From Flavobacteriales bacterium (GTDB lineage: Bacteria > Bacteroidota > Bacteroidia > Flavobacteriales_F > PHOS-HE28): a stretch of DNA of 64,000 nucleotides. The stretch lies in assembly GCA_016787985.1 (NCBI GenBank), contig JAEUTC010000043.1, forward strand, positions 17,145 to 81,144. The letters are read 5' to 3'. Below, piece after piece: positions 58,298 to 64,000 of this stretch (within the stretch, counting starts at the first letter, position 1; every line of letters starts with the position of its first letter). The notes below the pieces were generated by a model. It did no database searches, was not told where the DNA came from, and was given only the letters and a program-made list of their open reading frames with translations. Both the position numbers and the translations under genes were made by a program.

Positions 58298-59881
58298 TCA
58301 GCAGACCACCAACTTGAAGGTCGGATCCAACGGATCGAGCGTTCGCATCCAGTTGTCCAACGCTGCGAGGCCTTCGGCCGCGAGCTGGGGAAGGATGTTA
58401 TCCCGCCGCTCTTGCAAACCACCGCTAGGGAAGAGCGCTGTTCGCACAGCGGCCAGGCGCCCAAGCGCCACCGTTTGATCTCGTTTGGCTGCGCGAAGCA
58501 GCCCTTTCTCCAGCCGCTCAAGGCCCCGCAGGGCTTGCATACGGCGCGCTTCCACTGCACCCTTCAATGAAGCATCAGCGCGCAAAGCGGTGGACATCAC
58601 GTCCTGGTAGGCTTGGTCGATGGCTGCCCGCTCCACGACAAGATCGGTGCGGAAGGTCGCATCGCGCTTGGCCACCAGCGCCTGTAGCACGATCGGATCA
58701 GTGAAGAGGTCCTTCGGAGCAAGTCCCAGGTCACTCCATTGCAGCATGTGTTTCGCACTGATCGTAGCCGCGCTCGTTCGCAAGAACAGCACGGGCATGG
58801 GTACACGCAAGGCTTGGAAGAGCCAACGCAACTGGATCCAATAGGCCAACTCCCCTCCACCTCCGATGTAGGCGATATTCGGCAGGATGTGCTCTTGATA
58901 GACCGGCCGCAACACCACGTTCGGCGAGAAGTCCTCCGGACGGGTTTCCACCTGAACGAGCAACTCCTCTAATGTCCAGCGTGGGCCGTCATCCAATACC
59001 TGGTAATGATCACCGTGCCGTTCGATGCGTGAGCGATGGCCCTTACGCAAGTGGAAAAGGTTGATCTCGCGCGCGTGGGCTTGTGGGGCGTACCGTTCGC
59101 GCATTTTCTCATTGGCATAGGCCACGGAACGCTCACCCACCTGGTTCACCAGTTCCTCCACCATAACGGGCGCGAACAGGCGCTTCAAGGCTGCATCATC
59201 ACCATCCAGGATCACCAGTCCGTAGTGGCCGAAGAATGCATGGATGAAGTGCCGGGTGGCTTCCGTCAAGGTGCGACCTTCCGTGTACGCTTCGCGCAGG
59301 GCGCTCGCCACCATGGCGCTTTCTGTTCCCGGCCCGAACGCCGCGATGGCCTCTTCCACCTGCGCGGTGATGCCCGTGAGCTTCATGCGGCCCACTGCAC
59401 CACCGGAAGCGCCTGTCCAACGGATGGTCCGGCCATTGATCACCGCGTGATCGATCTCCGCAGCGTCATGATCCTCCGATGCCATCCAGAACACGGGTAC
59501 CACCGGACGACCCAGCAGGACCTCTGCTTCCCGAGCGAGTCGAATGGTATTGAGGATCTTGTAGGGTACGTAGAGTGGCCCGGAGAACAGGCAGAGTTGA
59601 TGGCCGGTGGTAACGGTCAGACACCGTGGATCACGCAGTTTCCGGAGGTTGGCGCGGACCTCGGAATGCAGTTCGAGCGTGCTGTATTGGGCCTCCAGTG
59701 CGTTACAGAGGATGGTACGGAAGCCCGGATCGAAGGTGCGCGCGGCGGCGGCTTGCCGAAGACCGGACGCATCCGGTGGGAGTTCGAGGAATTGGCGCAC
59801 GAACGCATCACCGCTCAAGTGATCCAGTACCGGGGCCGCGAACCTTCCGGTGTCCGCGTAGGCGATCCGCTCCACAGGCAT
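58298..59881 (-). CDS. bshC: bacillithiol biosynthesis cysteine-adding enzyme BshC-like
   Basis: ~527 aa with ...FSPNVVLRPVYQEHILPNIAYIGGGGELAYWIQLRWLF..., which I recognise as the BshC family core. Assignment from memory of family motifs. Confidence 0.65.
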   Translation of the reverse strand: MPVERIAYADTGRFAAPVLDHLSGDAFVRQFLELPPDASGLRQAAAARTFDPGFRTILCNALEAQYSTLELHSEVRANLRKLRDPRCLTVTTGHQLCLFSGPLYVPYKILNTIRLAREAEVLLGRPVVPVFWMASEDHDAAEIDHAVINGRTIRWTGASGGAVGRMKLTGITAQVEEAIAAFGPGTESAMVASALREAYTEGRTLTEATRHFIHAFFGHYGLVILDGDDAALKRLFAPVMVEELVNQVGERSVAYANEKMRERYAPQAHAREINLFHLRKGHRSRIERHGDHYQVLDDGPRWTLEELLVQVETRPEDFSPNVVLRPVYQEHILPNIAYIGGGGELAYWIQLRWLFQALRVPMPVLFLRTSAATISAKHMLQWSDLGLAPKDLFTDPIVLQALVAKRDATFRTDLVVERAAIDQAYQDVMSTALRADASLKGAVEARRMQALRGLERLEKGLLRAAKRDQTVALGRLAAVRTALFPSGGLQERRDNILPQLAAEGLAALDNWMRTLDPLDPTFKLVVC

Positions 59882-59954
59882 CAGGGCGCAAAGGTAGCCG
59901 TGTTCATCCGGCGCACATGCACGGCCGTCAGGGCAATCGCCTCTTCATTCTCTG

Positions 59955-60113
59955 CGACCCCGCTGGGGTCGAAGACATTGCTTTTTCGATCTTTTCTAAG
60001 CTCTTTGACCCCTCTGGGGTCAGGACGAAAGGACCTTACCTGACCCCAGAGGGGTCACAGAACATAGCTTTCAACAGTAGCAGATAACATTCGACCCGCC
60101 GTACGGCGGGTCG
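59955..60113. repeat. cluster of four GC-rich palindromes (GACCCC-N3-GGGGTC type), REP-like, in a divergent promoter region
   Basis: CGACCCCGCTGGGGTCG (59955-59971). TGACCCCTCTGGGGTCA (60006-60022) and TGACCCCAGAGGGGTCA (60041-60057) together form a perfect 19-bp inverted repeat with a 14-nt spacer. CGACCCGCCGTACGGCGGGTCG (60092-60113). Confidence 0.6.
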
Positions 60114-60212
60114 CAGAGCAGGTCCATCAATTTGCGTTCGAAAGAAGACGCGGGAGCCCTGGCACGACCATCAAGCCACACTTCGTTACATTTCGAGGCC
60201 CTAGTCCCGAAG

Positions 60213-60533
60213 ATGTCCACCGACACTCCGCGTTATACGTCCTTGAAGGAGTTCTTTCCCTTCTACCTGCGCGAGCACCAGCACCCGACCAGTCGGCTTC
60301 TGCACTTCACGGGTACGGCTTTGATCGGTGTGTGGATCGTGCTGGCGTTGGTCACCAGGAACGCTGCATGGCTTTGGATGGTGCCCATCGGAGGTTACGG
60401 CTTCGCTTGGGTGGGCCATGCCTTCTTCGAGCGCAACAAGCCGGCCACCTTCCAATATCCGTTGTACAGTCTGGCGAGTGACTTCATCCTTTTCTGGCGT
60501 CTATTAACGGGGCGCGAACGATTCCGCCCGTGA
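60213..60533 (+). CDS. DUF962 (Mpo1-like) domain protein
   Basis: MSTDTPRYTSLKEFFPFYLREHQHPTSRLLHFTGT... is the DUF962 signature. Start at internal ATG 60213. Confidence 0.7.
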   Translation: MSTDTPRYTSLKEFFPFYLREHQHPTSRLLHFTGTALIGVWIVLALVTRNAAWLWMVPIGGYGFAWVGHAFFERNKPATFQYPLYSLASDFILFWRLLTGRERFRP

Positions 60534-60570
60534 GCGACTTTCCCACCCGAACCATCAACACCCGACCACC

Positions 60571-62181
60571 ATGCCGATCAGAATGACCGACGACCGCAAT
60601 GAGCAGCAACCCAGCCGCCGTTCTACTGGAGGGGGTGGCGGTGGCATGAGTGGAGGCGGCGGAGGCATGGGCTCGTTGTTGCCGATGCTCATCGGGCTGC
60701 TGATGAAGAAACCCAAGTTGATGCTCATCGTGCTCGGCATCGGGGCAGTGTTGTACTTCACCGGAGGCCTGAAGGGCTGCCTTGGCGAAGGCGGCGGTGA
60801 TGTGAGCCAACTGCTCAAACTCGCCACGGGTGGCAACATGGACCCAGCGGTCTACGACAAGGCGGAGGTCTTCGAACCCCTCGCGGACAATGTGAACGCT
60901 CCTTTGCCCGAGCGTCATTCGCTGGAGCAGTACGCCCCCAAGCGCCAGAACCAAGGTCAACAGGGCAGCTGCGTGGCATGGGCCAGCGCTTATGCGGCAC
61001 GCACCATCGTACAAGCGGCAGCCACCAAGCAGGATCCGAACAGCACGGCGTTCAGTCCGGCGTTCATGTACAACCAGATCAAGATCGAGAACAGCGATTG
61101 CCAGGGCAGCTACATCCAGCGCGCCATGGACCAGATGAAAGGTGGTGGCGCCCTCCCCTACAGCCAATTCGGGTACACGGACGAGAGTTGTGCCAAGCTG
61201 CCCACCGAAGAGCAGCGCCGCCAGGCTTCGCAGTTCCGGATCAAAGGTTCCCAGCGGCTTTCGAAGAGCGACGATCCCCGCTCCATGGTGGACATGGTGG
61301 CCATGAAACAGCAACTGGCGCAAGGCAGTCCCATCGTCATCGGCATGATGGTGGGCGGCAGCTTCATGCAGGACATGATGGGCCAGGACAAGTGGCTGCC
61401 CACGCAGAGCGACTACGCGATGCGCGGTTTCGGTGGCCATGCCATGTGCGTGATCGGATACGACGACTACAAGTTCCAGAACGAGTACGAGAAGCCGATG
61501 GGAGGCTTCCAGATCATGAACTCGTGGGGACCGGAATGGGGTAAGAACGGGCTGGCGTGGGTGAGTTATGACGACTTCGCCCACTTCACCAAAGAGGCCT
61601 ACGCCGTGTATCCGCAGGGCGAAGGCGTGGATGTGAAGCCGAGCGCGTTCGACATCCGCTTCGGCCTGCCGATCGTGGATGATGCAGGCAAGCCCACAGG
61701 GGAGTACATCGCCTTGAAGCACATGGGCGGCCGCACGTTCAGAACGGAGAAGCCCATCGCCAAAGGCACGCGCTTCAAGGTGGAGATGACCAACAATACC
61801 GAGTGCTACGCTTATTGCTTCGGGCAGGAAGTGGATGGCAGCACCTACGTATTGTTCCCCAACACGCCGAAACACTCCCCTTACTGCGGCATCACCGGCA
61901 CACGCCAGTTCCCGCGCGACCAGAGCATGACGGCCGATGATGTGGGCACCACCGACGTGATGACCATCCTGGTCTACAACCAGGCCATCGACTTCAACAA
62001 GGTGGACGGAGCGTTGAAGACCTCCACGGCCAAAGGAATGGACGCCAAATTGAGCGCAGTGCTCGGCACCGAACTCGCTGAGGCGAGTCTTTTGAACTAT
62101 ACCCAAGGCAAGACTTTTGGCGCCACAGGACCAGCCACTAAAGCGGCCATGGCAGTGGTCTTGGAGATCGAGAAGCGATGA
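60571..62181 (+). CDS. membrane-anchored C1 (papain) family cysteine peptidase with C-terminal DUF4384-like domain
   Basis: Gly-rich linker and TM helix. Papain catalytic motifs QGQQGSCVAWASAYA (Cys) and ...GGHAMCVIGYDD... (His), ...NSWGPEWGKNG... (Asn/Trp). C-terminal ~180 aa beta-rich domain. Confidence 0.85.
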   Translation: MPIRMTDDRNEQQPSRRSTGGGGGGMSGGGGGMGSLLPMLIGLLMKKPKLMLIVLGIGAVLYFTGGLKGCLGEGGGDVSQLLKLATGGNMDPAVYDKAEVFEPLADNVNAPLPERHSLEQYAPKRQNQGQQGSCVAWASAYAARTIVQAAATKQDPNSTAFSPAFMYNQIKIENSDCQGSYIQRAMDQMKGGGALPYSQFGYTDESCAKLPTEEQRRQASQFRIKGSQRLSKSDDPRSMVDMVAMKQQLAQGSPIVIGMMVGGSFMQDMMGQDKWLPTQSDYAMRGFGGHAMCVIGYDDYKFQNEYEKPMGGFQIMNSWGPEWGKNGLAWVSYDDFAHFTKEAYAVYPQGEGVDVKPSAFDIRFGLPIVDDAGKPTGEYIALKHMGGRTFRTEKPIAKGTRFKVEMTNNTECYAYCFGQEVDGSTYVLFPNTPKHSPYCGITGTRQFPRDQSMTADDVGTTDVMTILVYNQAIDFNKVDGALKTSTAKGMDAKLSAVLGTELAEASLLNYTQGKTFGATGPATKAAMAVVLEIEKR

Positions 62182-62672
62182 AAAAGGTCCTTTGGATATT
62201 GGCTGCGCTCTTGGTGATCGCCCAATTCGTGCAGCCCGACCGCACCGTGGAGGCCAATGCACCGGAACATGACCTCATCGCCGTGACCGAGCCACCTTCG
62301 GAGGTGAAGGACCTTCTGCGCTCGGCCTGCTACGATTGCCACAGCGACCACACGACCTATCCGTGGTACAGCAGGATAACGCCGATCAACTTCTGGTTGC
62401 AAGACCACATCGAGGAAGGCCGGGCGGAATTCGACATGAGCTCGTGGGGTCGCCGGCGCGCCAAGTGGCAGCGGCATAAGGCCGAAGAGAGCGTGGAGTT
62501 GATCGATCAGGAAGAGATGCCACTACATAGCTACACCTGGGTGCATGGTGAGGCACGGCTAAGCCCGGCTCAACGGCAGGTATTGTCCACCTTCTTCGGC
62601 GCTTTGCGCGATGCCATACCCGCCGAGGTCGGTGCAGGAAATGGCACCGGTGGTGGAAAAGGAAGGCACTAA
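62178..62672 (+). CDS. haem-binding domain-containing protein (PF14376-like)
   Basis: Signal peptide. CYDCHS (CxxCH haem motif) in ...LLRSACYDCHSDHTTYPWYSRITPINFWL... is typical of the bacterial haem-binding domain family. 4-nt overlap with the upstream peptidase gene. Confidence 0.75.
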   Translation: MKKVLWILAALLVIAQFVQPDRTVEANAPEHDLIAVTEPPSEVKDLLRSACYDCHSDHTTYPWYSRITPINFWLQDHIEEGRAEFDMSSWGRRRAKWQRHKAEESVELIDQEEMPLHSYTWVHGEARLSPAQRQVLSTFFGALRDAIPAEVGAGNGTGGGKGRH

Positions 62673-63982
62673 GCCACCACGGCGCGCAGGTCGTGTTCGT
62701 TCGCCTCGGTGATCCGCACCGTTGCGAAGTCCCCGATCCGCAAGTGCACATCCGCGCTGAAAGGGATGAGCACTTCGTTATCCACCTCGGGGGAGTCGAA
62801 CTCGGTACGAGCGATCCAGTGGCCGTTCTCAGCCTTGTCCACCAATACCTTGTAGGTCTTGCCCACCTTGGCCTGATTCAGTTCCAAACTGATCCCGCCC
62901 TGCAACTCCATGATCTCCTGCGCGCGCTCCTGCTTCACGGCTTCAGGCACATCATCGGCCATGGTGTGGGCGTGGGTATCCTCTTCATGGCTGTAGGTGA
63001 AGGCACCTAGCCGATCGAAACGCATCCGCTCGATCCAGCGCAAACTGTCATCGTGGTCGGCCTGGGTCTCCCCAGGGAATCCGGCGATGAGCGTGGTGCG
63101 GATGGCGATGCCAGGGACCTTATCGCGGATGGTGGCCACCAGGGCCTCGGTCTTCTCCTGCGTGATGCCCCGCCGCATACGTTTCAGCATTTCGGTGCTG
63201 CCGTGTTGCAGGGGCATATCGAGGTAGTTGCACACGTTGGTCCGATCCCGCATCACGTCAAGCACCTCCATGGGGAAGCCACTTGGGAAGGCATAGTGAA
63301 GACGGATCCAGTCGATACCCTCCACATCGCTGAGGCGCGCCACGAGTTCATCCAGGTTGCGCTTCTTGTAGATATCGAGGCCATAGTAGGTGAGGTCCTG
63401 TGCGATGAGGATGAGTTCCTTGACACCTTGCCGCGCCAGACCCTGCGCGTTGGTGACGAGCTGATCCATCGGTGTGCTCACATGCTTGCCGCGCATCAGC
63501 GGGATGGCGCAGAAGCTGCACTTGCGATCACACCCTTCACTGATCTTGAAATAGGCGTAGTGAGCCGGTGTGGTCAGGAGGCGCTCTCCAACAAGCTCCT
63601 TTTTGTAATCGGCCTTCAGGGTCTTCAAGAGCCGGGGCAGATCGCGGGTGCCGAACCATGCGTCCACCTGGGGGATGCCGTCCTTCAACTCGGGGGCGTA
63701 CCGCTGACTTAGGCAGCCGGTGACGTACACCTTCTCCACCAACCCTTGATCCTTGGCCTTCGCGTAACTCAGGATGGTATCGATGCTCTCCTGCTTGGCG
63801 TTGTCGATGAAGCCGCAGGTGTTGATCACCACCACATTGTGCTCTCCGGAATCCGATTCGTGATCCACAGCGATACCATTGGCCTTGAGCTGGGCCATCA
63901 TCACCTCACTATCGAAGGTGTTCTTCGAACAACCGAGCGTGACAACGTTGACCTTGGTAGGCCTGAGCGTGCGGACTTTCAT
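62669..63982 (-). CDS. rimO: ribosomal protein S12 methylthiotransferase RimO
   Basis: MTTase N-domain Cys (...VVINTCGFI...), radical SAM CxxxCxxC (EGCDRKCSFCAIP), TRAM domain C-terminus. Overall collinear with RimO. Confidence 0.9.
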   Translation of the reverse strand: MKVRTLRPTKVNVVTLGCSKNTFDSEVMMAQLKANGIAVDHESDSGEHNVVVINTCGFIDNAKQESIDTILSYAKAKDQGLVEKVYVTGCLSQRYAPELKDGIPQVDAWFGTRDLPRLLKTLKADYKKELVGERLLTTPAHYAYFKISEGCDRKCSFCAIPLMRGKHVSTPMDQLVTNAQGLARQGVKELILIAQDLTYYGLDIYKKRNLDELVARLSDVEGIDWIRLHYAFPSGFPMEVLDVMRDRTNVCNYLDMPLQHGSTEMLKRMRRGITQEKTEALVATIRDKVPGIAIRTTLIAGFPGETQADHDDSLRWIERMRFDRLGAFTYSHEEDTHAHTMADDVPEAVKQERAQEIMELQGGISLELNQAKVGKTYKVLVDKAENGHWIARTEFDSPEVDNEVLIPFSADVHLRIGDFATVRITEANEHDLRAVVA

Positions 63983-64000
63983 TCAGAGGAGCCCGTGGTG

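Noticed and set aside
59036-60043. 335-aa plus-strand ORF
   Set aside because: Antisense to the bshC-like gene.
59955-60113. Possible CRISPR array
   Set aside because: Repeats are palindromic but irregularly spaced (51, 34, 51 nt) and differ in sequence. There are no uniform spacers and no cas genes. Better explained as REP-like hairpins.
60484-62262. 592-aa minus-strand ORF
   Set aside because: Antisense to the C1 peptidase gene, whose papain catalytic motifs are unambiguous.

Overview
This is a 64-kb window of a high-GC (roughly 60%+) Bacteroidota-type chromosome. Four large secreted proteins end in type IX secretion (T9SS) C-terminal sorting domains, which places it in a T9SS-bearing lineage. 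Genes are densely packed and many neighbours overlap by 4 nt. Recognisable housekeeping genes include pyrD, guaA, smpB, rimO, an HMG-CoA lyase, cvfB, a bshC-like gene and one tRNA-Val(GAC). There is a metal-homeostasis locus: TonB-dependent receptor, divergent DtxR/MntR-family regulator, ZIP transporter. There is an exopolysaccharide/glycosylation cluster: GT2, WcaF-like acetyltransferase, two GT4 genes, polytopic membrane proteins, co-operonic with a T9SS cargo protein. Further genes encode MscS channels, an ECF sigma factor, a Crp/Fnr regulator, an AraC regulator and many DUF proteins. The most unusual features are five. (1) A ~3.5-kb AT-rich island sits next to the tRNA-Val 3' end and carries three unknown genes, one with a C39/papain-like Cys-His signature. 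(2) A ~540-bp low-GC single-gene cassette is inserted at the 3' end of the WcaF-like gene and flanked by ~40-bp direct repeats. (3) Two tandem paralogous outer-membrane protein genes each carry a TTCAC-N4-GTGAA palindrome ~60 nt upstream, next to a Crp/Fnr regulator gene. (4) A cluster of nested GACCCC/GGGGTC palindromes lies in one divergent promoter region. (5) Giant SBBP-repeat, vWA and Calx-beta adhesin-like T9SS cargo proteins share a ~95-aa pre-CTD domain. Many long ORFs in the six-frame track are antisense artefacts of the high GC content and were rejected.
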